Source: an uncultured Acidobacteriota bacterium (GTDB lineage: Bacteria > Acidobacteriota > Thermoanaerobaculia > UBA5066 > Gp7-AA6). Taken from it: a stretch of 64,000 nt of DNA. The notes beneath the pieces were generated by a model. The model was not told the origin of the DNA. It ran no database searches and saw only the letters and a program-made list of their open reading frames with translations. This document shows, one piece after another, positions 9,979 through 19,231 of this stretch. The stretch covers positions 32,001 through 96,000 of the forward strand of contig CAVXTP010000012.1 of the NCBI GenBank assembly GCA_963764715.1. The letters are read 5' to 3'. Numbering within the stretch: the first letter of the stretch is position 1; each line of letters starts with the position of its first letter. The position numbers and the translations under genes are program-made.

Positions 9979-10116
9979 CCGACGCATCGTCAACGCTCGG
10001 GTCGGACAGTTGAAGACTGGGCACCCCGTGAATGGGCCGCGGGTCACCGGCGACCCGGCCGTACGCCGCGTCCAGCGCACCTCGGCTCCTCGTCCTGCCC
10101 ACTTCGGCCATGGTCC

Positions 10117-10141
10117 GTAGGGGCGGGGCTTGCCCCCGCCC
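10117..10141 (+). repeat. REP hairpin
   Basis: GTAGgggcggggcttgcccccgccc. Confidence 0.8.
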
Positions 10142-10251
10142 CCTCTCCCGACCGAACCCGCGTGCCCGCCGCTCGACTCCGCCGGGCGGCCCCTCATGGC
10201 GCGTACCTTGCTCCTTTTCCCTGAGGGCGCGTTGCCCGAGGAGGAAAGGCC

Positions 10252-10452
10252 ATGAGATGGATGGGCATCTATCTGCTCGGGTACGGCATGCTCGTCGCCG
10301 CCGGCCTGCTGGCGCTCTGGAAGACCGGCGCCCTGGCGACGATCCAGCCGATCTGGCTCGGAATCGGACAGCTCGCCGCGATCGGGATCGGGATCATGAT
10401 CGCCGTCGGCAACAGCGGGAAGAAGGAGACGATCGAGGTCAATCGAGGCTGA
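10252..10452 (+). CDS. Small two-helix membrane protein
   Basis: Good RBS (gaggaaagg), two hydrophobic segments, host-like codon usage. Confidence 0.7.
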   Translation: MRWMGIYLLGYGMLVAAGLLALWKTGALATIQPIWLGIGQLAAIGIGIMIAVGNSGKKETIEVNRG

Positions 10453-10683
10453 AGCGGCGCCTCTCCTGAAGTCCCGGCCGCCCCCCGTCGGCGCGATTCG
10501 TGCATACGCCGGACACTGGTGCAACCACGCTCGGCCGGGGAGTCGCCCCGGATGTCACGTTCCTGTGCGAGGGGACTTCTCGTCTCGCCCGTGCCGGAAG
10601 TTCGCCCCCCGGCCCGCGCACCTCCTCCGCTTACCCACCACTCGGTCTCCAGCGTTTCGTTTTCTCTAAACGGAGGATTCCCA

Positions 10684-12474
10684 ATGCAATCAGCTCCCGC
10701 AAAGCGGCCGGTGCCGTTCTGGCTCCCTCTGGCAGCTCTCTCGATGCTCCTCACGGCGGCGGCCATGTCCGCCGCGACCCCTGCCGGCCCCAAACGCATG
10801 CCGCCGCTCAAGCCGGTCTTCACCGAGCCCGCGGCCTTCGACGTCTCGCAACCTCTGCGGACCCTGGCCGCGGCGCAGCGCAAAGGCCTGCAAGTCCCGT
10901 CCGAGGAGGAACGAGAGATCCGTCCCGAGCCGGTGGTTCCCGTCCAGGACAGGGGCTACTCCGGGGACGGGGCTCTTCAGCCCGCCGCCGGGCCCACGCT
11001 CGCGGCCATCCCCTCACCGCTGGCCAACTTCGAGGGTCTCAGCAACAACGACAACTTCGCCATCTTCGGCGGCCGCGTCAACCCGCCCGATCCCGTCGGC
11101 GCCGTCGGCCCGAGCCACTACGTCGAAATGATCAACCTGCTCTTCGCCGTCTACGACAAGAGCGGCAACCTGCTCGCGGGTCCGACCGACACCGGCACGC
11201 TCTGGTCCGGCTTCGCGGTTCCCGACTGCACCGATCCCTCGGGCGACCCGATCGTGCTCTACGACAAGCTCGAGAACCGCTGGCTCCTGTCCCAGTTCAC
11301 GACGCGCGGCCTCGACGACCCGACGCTTCCCTTCTACAACTGCGTCGCGATCTCCGTGACCGGGGACCCCACCGGCGCCTACTACCGGTACGCCTTCGAG
11401 ACGACGTTCGACGGGCTCTTCTATTTCCCGGACTACCCCAAGTACGGCAACTGGAAGAAGTCCTACGTCCTGACGTCGCGCGACTTCGGACCGACCGTCG
11501 AATACGGCATCAGCGTCTACGCCCTCGAGAAGAACCGGATGATCGCCGGCGACCCCAAGGCGCGGATGGTCCACTTCTTCCTCAACTCGGACGTCATTGA
11601 CCTCAATCTCATGGGCGACGGTCTGCTTCCCGCCGACATCGACGGCACGCGACAGCCCAAAGAGGACGCGGCCATACCGATCGTCGGCACCCAGGACGAC
11701 GGCGGCGGGTACGGCGCGACGTCGGATGCCTTGAACATCTGGGACCTCAAGATCCACTGGCAGGCCAAGCCGACGGCGTCGCTCACCCTGGCCGCGCAGC
11801 TTCCCGTCGCGAGCTTCGACTCGATCTTCCCCTGCGCGCCCACGTCCCGAGACTGCCTCCCGCAGCCGGGCATCGTGAACCCGACGCAGTTCCTCGACAT
11901 TCTTTCCTACCGGCAGCGTCCGACCTGGCGCCTCGCCTACCGCAACTTCGGCGGCTACGAGGCGATGGTGACGAACCAGTCGGTCGAAGCGCTCCCGGGA
12001 GTCGCCGGCATCCGCTGGTACGAGATCCGGCGGGTCAACGGAACGTACTCGCTCTACCAGCAGGGCACCTACGCGCCCGGCGACGGCGTCCATCGCTGGA
12101 TGGGCTCGATCGCGCAGGACCGCAACGGCAACGCCGCCCTGGGCTACAGCGTCGTCAACGGAGTCGACGTCTTCCCGGGCATCCGCTACACGGGCCGCCT
12201 GGCGGGCGATCCGCTCGGACAGCTGCCCCTCGGCGAGGCGACGATCATCAACGGCAGCGGCGTCCAGACGACGACCAACTCCCGCTGGGGCGACTACACC
12301 TCGATGAACGTCGACCCCTCCGACGACTGCACGTTCTGGTACGTCAACGAGTACTACACCGCGGCCGGACAGGCCTCGTCGGCGGCCGGCTGGCAGACGC
12401 GCATCGGCAGCTTCAAGCTTCCCGGCTGCGCGGCGCCGGCTCTGACGAGCGCGACGCCGAAGTCGCAGAAGTAG
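10684..12474 (+). CDS. Uncharacterised secreted beta-rich protein
   Basis: GGAGGA RBS, signal peptide, PPDPVGAVGP.HYVEM.N, GDPIVLYD, DYPK, RWGDYTSMNVDP.DDCTFW motifs. Confidence 0.85.
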   Translation: MQSAPAKRPVPFWLPLAALSMLLTAAAMSAATPAGPKRMPPLKPVFTEPAAFDVSQPLRTLAAAQRKGLQVPSEEEREIRPEPVVPVQDRGYSGDGALQPAAGPTLAAIPSPLANFEGLSNNDNFAIFGGRVNPPDPVGAVGPSHYVEMINLLFAVYDKSGNLLAGPTDTGTLWSGFAVPDCTDPSGDPIVLYDKLENRWLLSQFTTRGLDDPTLPFYNCVAISVTGDPTGAYYRYAFETTFDGLFYFPDYPKYGNWKKSYVLTSRDFGPTVEYGISVYALEKNRMIAGDPKARMVHFFLNSDVIDLNLMGDGLLPADIDGTRQPKEDAAIPIVGTQDDGGGYGATSDALNIWDLKIHWQAKPTASLTLAAQLPVASFDSIFPCAPTSRDCLPQPGIVNPTQFLDILSYRQRPTWRLAYRNFGGYEAMVTNQSVEALPGVAGIRWYEIRRVNGTYSLYQQGTYAPGDGVHRWMGSIAQDRNGNAALGYSVVNGVDVFPGIRYTGRLAGDPLGQLPLGEATIINGSGVQTTTNSRWGDYTSMNVDPSDDCTFWYVNEYYTAAGQASSAAGWQTRIGSFKLPGCAAPALTSATPKSQK

Positions 12475-12609
12475 GCATCGGTCGCGATTTTCACGGGCCG
12501 GCGCATGGCGTTGCGACGCCGCGCCGGCCCGAGTTGTCTCGGAGGACGCCTCGGCGATTCGTGCCCTCTCGGTTCGACGGGTCGCTGCTCGCCTCCTCTC
12601 TCCCCGTTC

Positions 12610-12634
12610 GTAGGGGCGGGGCTCGCCCCCGCCC
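12610..12634 (+). repeat. REP hairpin
   Basis: GTAGgggcggggctcgcccccgccc. Confidence 0.8.
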
Positions 12635-12699
12635 GCTCTCCAGGGCGCTCGACCGTGCGTCCGCTCGATTCGCGCCGCTCGGCGAGTCGGCGTCCCGAG

Positions 12700-13029
12700 T
12701 CAGCCGTCGCAGCCCAGGACAAACGCGAGCGCGGCGCAGACCTCACGCATCCGGCGAGGCTCGAGCTCGCCCACCCTGCGGCCGAGGTTCTGCTGGCTGA
12801 CCGTCATCACGTTGTGGAGGTTAACGGCGCACGGGTGCTTCATCCCGTCCTCCGGTCCCAGTACGACTTCCGAGGGCACTCCTCGGATCGTCGACGTGAT
12901 CGGAGCCACAGTCGCGCGCGAGAGATACGGGAGCGCGCTCGAACGCGTCAGGATGAGCACCGGCCGCTCCTTGTCGGGCGCCGGAAACCGGTGCAGGCGG
13001 ATCTCCCCCCGCTCTATTCGTCCGGCCAA
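12700..13029 (-). CDS. PemK/MazF family toxin
   Basis: RGEI...KERPVLILTR...VAPITSTIRG. Confidence 0.9.
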   Translation of the reverse strand: MAGRIERGEIRLHRFPAPDKERPVLILTRSSALPYLSRATVAPITSTIRGVPSEVVLGPEDGMKHPCAVNLHNVMTVSQQNLGRRVGELEPRRMREVCAALAFVLGCDG

Positions 13030-13247
13030 TCCGCGACCTGATCCCAGACGCCCGGCCGATCGAGGAGGTCCGGGTAACGCTCGTAGCCTTCCCGGTCCCG
13101 CTTCTCGCGCTCGGAGGCATCGATTCGCTTCAGGTGCGCTCGGAGCGCGTCGCGAAAGAGCGCCGACCGATTGGTTTTGAGCTTCCGTGCGGCTCGATCG
13201 GCGGCCTTGAGGAGATCCTCCTCGAGAACCACCTGGATCGTTTCCAT
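13014..13247 (-). CDS. Ribbon-helix-helix (CopG-like) antitoxin
   Basis: METIQVVLEEDLLKAADRAARKLKTNRSALFRDAL; overlaps the toxin start. Confidence 0.85.
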   Translation of the reverse strand: METIQVVLEEDLLKAADRAARKLKTNRSALFRDALRAHLKRIDASEREKRDREGYERYPDLLDRPGVWDQVADWPDE

Positions 13248-13284
13248 GGTGTGGACTCTACTCCACACCGGAATCAACAGTCAA
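13248..13284 (-). promoter_or_regulatory. Sigma70-type leaderless promoter with palindromic operator for the RHH-MazF pair
   Basis: TTGACT-18-TAGAGT-7nt-ATG; inverted repeat GGTGTGGA-ctctac-TCCACACC (13248-13269) covers the -10. Confidence 0.75.
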
Positions 13285-13292
13285 CCGGGTAC

Positions 13293-13317
13293 GTAGGGTC
13301 GGCCCTTGCGGCCGCCC
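13293..13317 (+). repeat. REP hairpin
   Basis: GTAGggtcggcccttgcggccgccc. Confidence 0.75.
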
Positions 13318-13335
13318 TCCCACGCCGAGCCGGTC

Positions 13336-13827
13336 CTAGTTCGCCTTCGGCGCCTCCACCAGCTTCAGGTCGAACGGTCCGACACTCTCGATGAAGAGCA
13401 GGCACTCCGACGCCTTGTCGCAGGCGGAGATGTGCTTGTAGCTTCCGCCCGGCTGAAACACGTAGGAGCCCGGCCCCATCCGCATCTCGGCCCTTCCTTC
13501 GGGAGTCTGGATGTAAGTGCCCGAGACGACGACGATCTTGATGGCGCTCGTGTGGGTGTGGAGCGGGGCCAGAAAGCCTGCCGGGAACTTGAGGAACGAG
13601 CCGTATCCGCTCTTTGTATGGTCGCCCCAGACATCCGCGATCTTGACTCCCGGGGCACCCTTGGGATCCAGATCTCCCCACTTGAGATCGCCCGGTGAGT
13701 CGAAGACGGGCGCCGCGGCCTTGCCGGCCGTGTGCGCCTTCGCTTTCGACTCTGCGGGTTGCTGCGCGAAAACCGCCGCTGCCAGAACCAACGAAGCTGC
13801 AGACGCGAGGAGACGCTTCGGCATCAT
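13336..13827 (-). CDS. Secreted cupin (DUF4437-like)
   Basis: Signal peptide; APLHTHT...VVVSGT...GPGSY..QPGG.YKH; paralogue at 58681. Confidence 0.8.
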   Translation of the reverse strand: MMPKRLLASAASLVLAAAVFAQQPAESKAKAHTAGKAAAPVFDSPGDLKWGDLDPKGAPGVKIADVWGDHTKSGYGSFLKFPAGFLAPLHTHTSAIKIVVVSGTYIQTPEGRAEMRMGPGSYVFQPGGSYKHISACDKASECLLFIESVGPFDLKLVEAPKAN

Positions 13828-13915
13828 CGAGACCTCCTTCTCTTGCGTACCTCCATCAACCCATCAGCGGCCTTGCCCGGCCTGCGCCGGGCACAGCCGC
13901 TTCGCGAACGCCTCC

Positions 13916-15037
13916 CTAAAAGCTGATCTTCAGAATCCGCCCGTCCGTCCCGACCAGCCAACCCGCCTCGGGGCTGGCGAACGCCACCGCCCAGTAGTTC
14001 GCGACCCCATCGAGCAGGTACCACGTGTCACCCTCGTCGGGAGTCCACGCCGCACCGCCGGGCCCCGTGGCCACGACGGTCTTGTTGTGAGAGCCGCCGC
14101 CGTGATCATCGTCCCCGTCGTTCTCGTTCCCCTGGGGCTTCCCCGCGTAGCTCAAACCGAAGATCGCGCCCGGAATCGGAGCATTGGTCGCGAGCTGCCA
14201 GGTCTTCCCGCCGTCCTTCGATCGGGCGAAGTTGTCGATCACCTCGGTCCCGAGGAAATCTCCGCCCCCGAGCACGCCGTGCCTGGGGTTGCGAAAGTCG
14301 ACGCTGAAGGCACCCGCGGCTCCCGTGGCGTTGGCGGCGATCGGAGTGGGGTACGCATTCCAGGTTTGCCCCTGGTCCGTCGTCGCAAGGATGCGTGACT
14401 CCGTCGTGCTCCCCGTGGCGATCCATGCCCACCGCTTGCCGGCCGTCGCCACGCACGTGCCGCTCGCCGCGAACGCGTACTCGCCGCCCGGCAGCGGCGC
14501 GGGCAGGTTGTCCCCGATGTCCTGCCAGGTCTCGCCGTCCAGAGTCCGGATGACGGGGAACCGGTCGTTCACGGAGTCGCCCATAGTGAGGCCCGTGGTG
14601 GGAGTCCAGAAGGCGAAACAGTCGTAGAAACCGTTCGGGTCCGTGTTCTGGAACTGGATCGACCAGGTCGCTCCCCCGTCCTCCGTCTTGTAGATCCGCG
14701 AATCCGTTCCGACGCCGGCCGAAAGCAGGTAGGCGACTTCGGCGCTGACCCCCTCGACGTCGCGGAACTGCAGGGTCTCGGCCCCCGGAACCACGTGCGA
14801 GACCCAGGTCGCTCCGCCGTCCGTCGTGAGCGCGTACGTCCCGTCGACGCCGCTCGCCCAGACCACCTGCGAGTTGACGGGGCTGACCGCCTGGAGCCGG
14901 CTCGTGGTTCCACTCGCCTGCGGGGTCAGAGTGGGACCCGGCTGAGGTTTCGGGGCGCCCAGCACCGCACCCGCGAGCAGCAGGCCGGGGACACCGACTC
15001 GGATCCCGCGCGAGACTCTCTTCCATCGTCCGTTCAT
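13916..15037 (-). CDS. Secreted BNR/Asp-box (YCF48-like) beta-propeller protein
   Basis: Repeated T.DGG.TW Asp-boxes; GGAGG before ATG 15037. Confidence 0.85.
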   Translation of the reverse strand: MNGRWKRVSRGIRVGVPGLLLAGAVLGAPKPQPGPTLTPQASGTTSRLQAVSPVNSQVVWASGVDGTYALTTDGGATWVSHVVPGAETLQFRDVEGVSAEVAYLLSAGVGTDSRIYKTEDGGATWSIQFQNTDPNGFYDCFAFWTPTTGLTMGDSVNDRFPVIRTLDGETWQDIGDNLPAPLPGGEYAFAASGTCVATAGKRWAWIATGSTTESRILATTDQGQTWNAYPTPIAANATGAAGAFSVDFRNPRHGVLGGGDFLGTEVIDNFARSKDGGKTWQLATNAPIPGAIFGLSYAGKPQGNENDGDDDHGGGSHNKTVVATGPGGAAWTPDEGDTWYLLDGVANYWAVAFASPEAGWLVGTDGRILKISF

Positions 15038-15173
15038 GATTCCTCCCTTGTTAAAGACCTGGGCCCCGCGCGCGACGTGAGCACGCGACGCCCACCAAAA
15101 AAGACTCCGGGTCGAGCTTACCGCCCGCGAAGGGCCAAAAGGGCGGCGAGTTTCCGTTTCGTGCGGCCGATTT

Positions 15174-16147
15174 CTAGCGCGTGCCGGCCGCTGCGTCACC
15201 GGCCCGCGGCGCGGGAAGCCGGATGACGGTCGAAGCCCAGCTCCCGTGGAGCGGCGGATAGCGGGCATCGGCCAGCTCGACGCGGGCGCCGCCGTCCGCC
15301 TCGCGCTCCACGCGGAAGATCGGAAAGCGGGACCACGACAGAAACTTCCGCCCCTGCTCCGTCTCCGCCGCCGCGCGCGCGAGCGGATCTTCCGCGCCCT
15401 TCGCGAACGTCCCCGCGCGCGACCTCGACCGCCGGCCGGGGCAGGAACTCGACGGAGCCGTAGCGGTACTCGTCGCCGAAGTCGAGCAGGAGCTGGCGCC
15501 GGAAGGGATTGAACGGCACCGGCCCCACCATGCGCCGCTCCGAGCCCGCGACGATCCGGGCGGCGGCCACCCTTCCGACGACGCCGGACAGCATCATCGA
15601 CACCGCGTACGCGGCCGTCACGACGAGCGCGACCCGCGCCGGCTTCTCCGGGTTGGGAGAGAGCCCGCCGCGCGCGGCGGATCGAGAGAAACACGCCCAC
15701 GGCAAGCGCGATCCAGACCCACGGGTCCACGATGAAGAGCGCGTCCCCGTAGAACCACCTCCAGGAGAACGGCGCCAGGAACCGCACGCCGTAGGTGTTG
15801 AGAAAGTCGAGCAGCGGGTGCGACAGCACCCCGAGCGCGGACAGGACCAGCAGCGGTCCCCACCGGGCGGCCGGCCGCTCCGGCCGCAGCCGACGACGCA
15901 CGAGGCGATCGAACGCGAGCATCGCCCCGGCCAGGACCACCGGCAGCACCGCCATCGCGAGGATCCCGTGCGTCCAGCCCCGCCGGAACGCCAGCGCATC
16001 GACATCGCTCCCGAAGACGTAGGCAAACGCATCGACGTCGGGCAGATTCGCCCCGATCATGACGGTCGCCGCGGCGAGCGGCGTCCTTCGGAACGGCCCG
16101 GCCTGCGCGATGGCCGCGCCCGCGAGCGTGTGGCAGAGGTTATCCAG
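15174..16147 (-). pseudogene. YdjM-like membrane metal-dependent hydrolase, two frameshifts (or sequencing errors)
   Basis: (L)DNLCHTL...ANLPDVD...RRGWTHG...SHPLLDFLNTYGVR; frame changes near 15655 and 15412; CTG start after AAGGAGG. Confidence 0.75.
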
Positions 16148-16279
16148 CGGGTCGGCCTCCTTGCGGGGCGCATTTCAGCACACGCGGCGCCCGGCGCCAT
16201 AATCTCGTCCTACCCTGGCCGGCGACCGCCTTGCACCCGCGGGTCAGGCGTCGGCAGCGACGGTGCTAAAGTTGAGCAC

Positions 16280-16519
16280 ATGGCCGAGGTCAGAGAAATA
16301 CTCGACGAGGCCCTGAAGTTGGCACCGGACGACCGAGCGAGCGTCGCCGTGGAACTTCTGGAGAGCCTTGAAGCGGGCCCGGAGGAAAGGGCTGAAGTCG
16401 AAGCCGCCTGGGCCGCAGAGATCGAACGCCGAGCCCGGAGAGTCATCAGGGGTGAATCGAGCGGGACCCCTTGGAATGATTTGCGCCGTCGAGCCGAGGC
16501 GAACCTGACGAAGCGGTGA
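16280..16519 (+). CDS. Putative addiction module antitoxin component
   Basis: EALKL..DDRA.VA.ELLESL...AWAAEIERR...PW. Confidence 0.85.
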   Translation: MAEVREILDEALKLAPDDRASVAVELLESLEAGPEERAEVEAAWAAEIERRARRVIRGESSGTPWNDLRRRAEANLTKR

Positions 16520-16857
16520 CGAAGCCGTTTCGGGCGCAAGACGAAGCCTCTGAAGAGCTCGAACAGGCCGCCCGATGGTACGAAGATCGTCGGTCCGGGT
16601 TGGGGCGACGATTCCTTGCTTCGGTGGACGCCACGCTGGAGCAGATTGGCCGCTTCCCGGGAGCTGGAGCACCGGTCCCAAAAGTGCCACCAGACTTGCC
16701 GGTGCGGCGAGCGCCGATCAGAGGGTTCCCCTACCATCTGATCTACCTCGAAACTGCCGACACCATCCACATCCTGGCATTCGCCCACGACAAGAGACGG
16801 CCTGGCTACTGGCACGCTCGAACCGACGCGGATCCCGGTTCCGGCGCCCACCGGTGA
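16516..16857 (+). CDS. RelE/ParE family toxin
   Basis: A.EEL..AARWYE.RRSGLG.RF...FPYHLIY...ILAFAH.KRRPGYW; GTGA overlap with antitoxin. Confidence 0.88.
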   Translation: MTKPFRAQDEASEELEQAARWYEDRRSGLGRRFLASVDATLEQIGRFPGAGAPVPKVPPDLPVRRAPIRGFPYHLIYLETADTIHILAFAHDKRRPGYWHARTDADPGSGAHR

Positions 16858-16873
16858 GATCAGTAGTATTTTC

Positions 16874-17182
16874 ATGCGGATGCCCGCCGCACGGATCACC
16901 GTGACGCTGCCGCCCGAGCTCGTCGCCGAGATCGACCGGCGGGAGCGAAATCGCAGCCGCTTCGTGCAGGACGCCGTTCGCCGGGAACTCCATCGACGGC
17001 GACGCGAGGATCTCCAGCGATCGCTCCAGCGTCCGCACCCAGAGTCCGGGCAGCTCCCCCAGGCCGGCCTGCCCGGATGGGACGCGCGCGCGAGCAAGGC
17101 CGAACCGGAGCTTTTCGACCTCTCCGGCGGCCGGCCGATCCGCTGGGTCGAAGGCCGCGGCTGGGCGTACCGCCGAAAGTAA
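16874..17182 (+). CDS. RHH/CopG-like antitoxin-type protein without adjacent cognate toxin
   Basis: RITVTLPPELVAEIDRRERNRSRFVQDAVRREL. Confidence 0.7.
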   Translation: MRMPAARITVTLPPELVAEIDRRERNRSRFVQDAVRRELHRRRREDLQRSLQRPHPESGQLPQAGLPGWDARASKAEPELFDLSGGRPIRWVEGRGWAYRRK

Positions 17183-17195
17183 AGCGGGGTCATAG

Positions 17196-17222
17196 GGGGT
17201 CAGTCCTGACTTGCTGATTTCG
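17196..17222 (+). repeat. 27-bp GGGGTCAG-type repeat unit
   Basis: ggggtcagtcctgacttgctgatttcg; 26/27 match to the reverse complement of 28576-28602. Confidence 0.8.
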
Positions 17223-17240
17223 CGTATCCCGGCCCCGGTC

Positions 17241-17265
17241 GTAGGGGCGGCCCTTTTGGACGCCC
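17241..17265 (+). repeat. REP hairpin (degenerate)
   Basis: GTAGgggcggcccttttggacgccc. Confidence 0.7.
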
Positions 17266-17401
17266 TCGCAGGCCACAACGGCGGCGGATTGTGGCACGCA
17301 AGGATCTCGAACGCTAGGACGCCGAGCGGATCCTGAACCAGACCCCTGAGAAGGCCGGACCCCCGGCGTTCGAGTGGCTCTCCCGCGGCCTTCTGGAGGC
17401 G

Positions 17402-18538
17402 ATGGTCGAGTTCATCGAGCGCGCCAAGGACGGGACCTTCGAGCTCCACGCTGCCATCTACGAATTCCAGTGGGAGGCCGTGCTCGACGCTTTCCATGAC
17501 GCGAAGGCCGACGGAGCCGGGGTGCGCATCGTCTTCGACAACATCAAGGGAAAAACGAACCCCGGGCCCAAGAACCGCAAGGCCATCGCCGCCGCCAAGA
17601 TCAAGGCTCTCTGCACGCCTCGCTCGACCGGCAAGATCATGCACAACAAGTTCATCGTTCTGTCGAAGGGCGGCAAGCCCGTCGCCGTCTGGACCGGCTC
17701 GACGAACGTCAGCGAGAACGGCATCTTCGGCCACCTCAACTGCGGCCACATCGTCGAAGACGCCGATGTGGCCGCCGATTACCTCGAGTACTGGAACCAG
17801 CTCGTGACCGACCCGGCGGCCAAGGACGAGCGGGCCTTTCTCGACCAGAACTTCCCCTCTCCGCCTAATCCGTGGAACCAGGACGTCACCGTCGTCTTCT
17901 CGCCTCATAGCGGGCTCGATGTTCTCGATTGGTACGCCACGATTGCGGACTCCGCCTCGAAAGGTCTCTTCATGAGCTTTGCCTTCGGGATGGCGAAGCA
18001 GTTCCAGAAGGTTTACGACCAGACCGACGGCGTGCTGCGCTTCGCTCTCATGGACAAGTTCGGCAACGGAAAAGCCGCCAAGCAGGGAAAGATGGACATC
18101 ACCCGGATCCGGAAACGGCCGAACATCGTCGTCGCGGTGGGCCACGCGATCGAGATGAACGAATTCGACCGCTGGCTGGCGGAACGCCCCGGGCTTCCCA
18201 AAGCCAATGTCCGATGGGTGCATACCAAGCTGATGCTGGTGGACCCCCTGGGTCCCACTCCGATCGTCGTTGCCGGCTCCGCCAACTTCAGCGAAGCGAG
18301 CACGAATACGAACGACGAGAACATGCTCGTCGTCCGGGGCGACAAGCGCGTGGCCGACATCTACCTTGGAGAGTTCATGCGGACCTACTCCCACTATGCC
18401 TTCCGGGAAGCGGTCGCGATCGCCAAGGAGAACCACGAGAACTGGACGCCGAGCGACCTCGACCCGACGGATGCGTGGCAGAAGGGCTATTTCAAGGCCG
18501 GAGAGCGGTCGATGCGAAGGGAGTATTTCGGGGGGTAG
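17402..18538 (+). CDS. Phospholipase D-family (Nuc-like) protein with two HxK motifs, probably 5'-truncated
   Basis: MHNKFIV...WTGSTN and VHTKLMLVD...AGSANFS; protein-like in-frame sequence continues upstream of the ATG to a stop near 17305. Confidence 0.8.
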   Translation: MVEFIERAKDGTFELHAAIYEFQWEAVLDAFHDAKADGAGVRIVFDNIKGKTNPGPKNRKAIAAAKIKALCTPRSTGKIMHNKFIVLSKGGKPVAVWTGSTNVSENGIFGHLNCGHIVEDADVAADYLEYWNQLVTDPAAKDERAFLDQNFPSPPNPWNQDVTVVFSPHSGLDVLDWYATIADSASKGLFMSFAFGMAKQFQKVYDQTDGVLRFALMDKFGNGKAAKQGKMDITRIRKRPNIVVAVGHAIEMNEFDRWLAERPGLPKANVRWVHTKLMLVDPLGPTPIVVAGSANFSEASTNTNDENMLVVRGDKRVADIYLGEFMRTYSHYAFREAVAIAKENHENWTPSDLDPTDAWQKGYFKAGERSMRREYFGG

Positions 18539-18565
18539 TGCCCTCAACCAACAACAGGAGGAGCG

Positions 18566-19066
18566 ATGCAACGAACTTCTGTGCAAGTCCCGCTTGCGGC
18601 AGCCTTGGTCCTCGCGGTCTCGATTCCCCTCTCAGCCCAGCAGCAGGTCTGCTCCGTCATCCCGGTGAACGGAGACACGCCGGCAAACATCGGTGTGGCT
18701 CTTCCGAAGGGCGCGACATTCGGAGGCGTCCGCTTGTCCGTCAGGCGATACGACGTTGCGGGTGACCAGTATTCCGACTGCACCCCGGTAGGGCTCTGCA
18801 CGATGCCCCACAGTGATGCAGCCAACGTCTCCCCCTGGGCCGTGCTCGACGTCGATGGACGAGCCGTCTACGGTAATCTCGTTTACAACGCGAAGGGCGC
18901 ACCCATCAAATGGTTCCGCCTTTGCGCAGCCTACGCAGTCGCAGGAACGGCCCTGAAGAAGGGAGACGAGTTGGACAAGGCGAATGCGGCCGACCTTTCC
19001 AAGCCCGTCGACCTGAAGAAACTGTTCGCGATGCCGATGCCAAGCGTCGCCCCTCTACCGAAATAG
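18566..19066 (+). CDS. Hypothetical secreted protein
   Basis: AGGAGG RBS, signal peptide, four Cys. Confidence 0.7.
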   Translation: MQRTSVQVPLAAALVLAVSIPLSAQQQVCSVIPVNGDTPANIGVALPKGATFGGVRLSVRRYDVAGDQYSDCTPVGLCTMPHSDAANVSPWAVLDVDGRAVYGNLVYNAKGAPIKWFRLCAAYAVAGTALKKGDELDKANAADLSKPVDLKKLFAMPMPSVAPLPK

Positions 19067-19231
19067 CTACGCGCAGGTCCTGAGTCCGCAGGGGCGGCCC
19101 CCACGGGCCGCCCCTCTCACTTGTTCCCCGGCACCCCGCCGGTCGGTAGCTGTTTCTCGGGCTCGGTCTAGGCGAGATCCAGTTCGGGGCCGTTCAGGTC
19201 CTTGAGCGCGGATCCGCCGCGGCCGCCCGCC

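Noticed and set aside
13916-16060. 714-aa hydrolase-BNR fusion
   Set aside because: Artefact of frameshifts in the YdjM-like gene; the BNR gene has its own RBS and signal peptide
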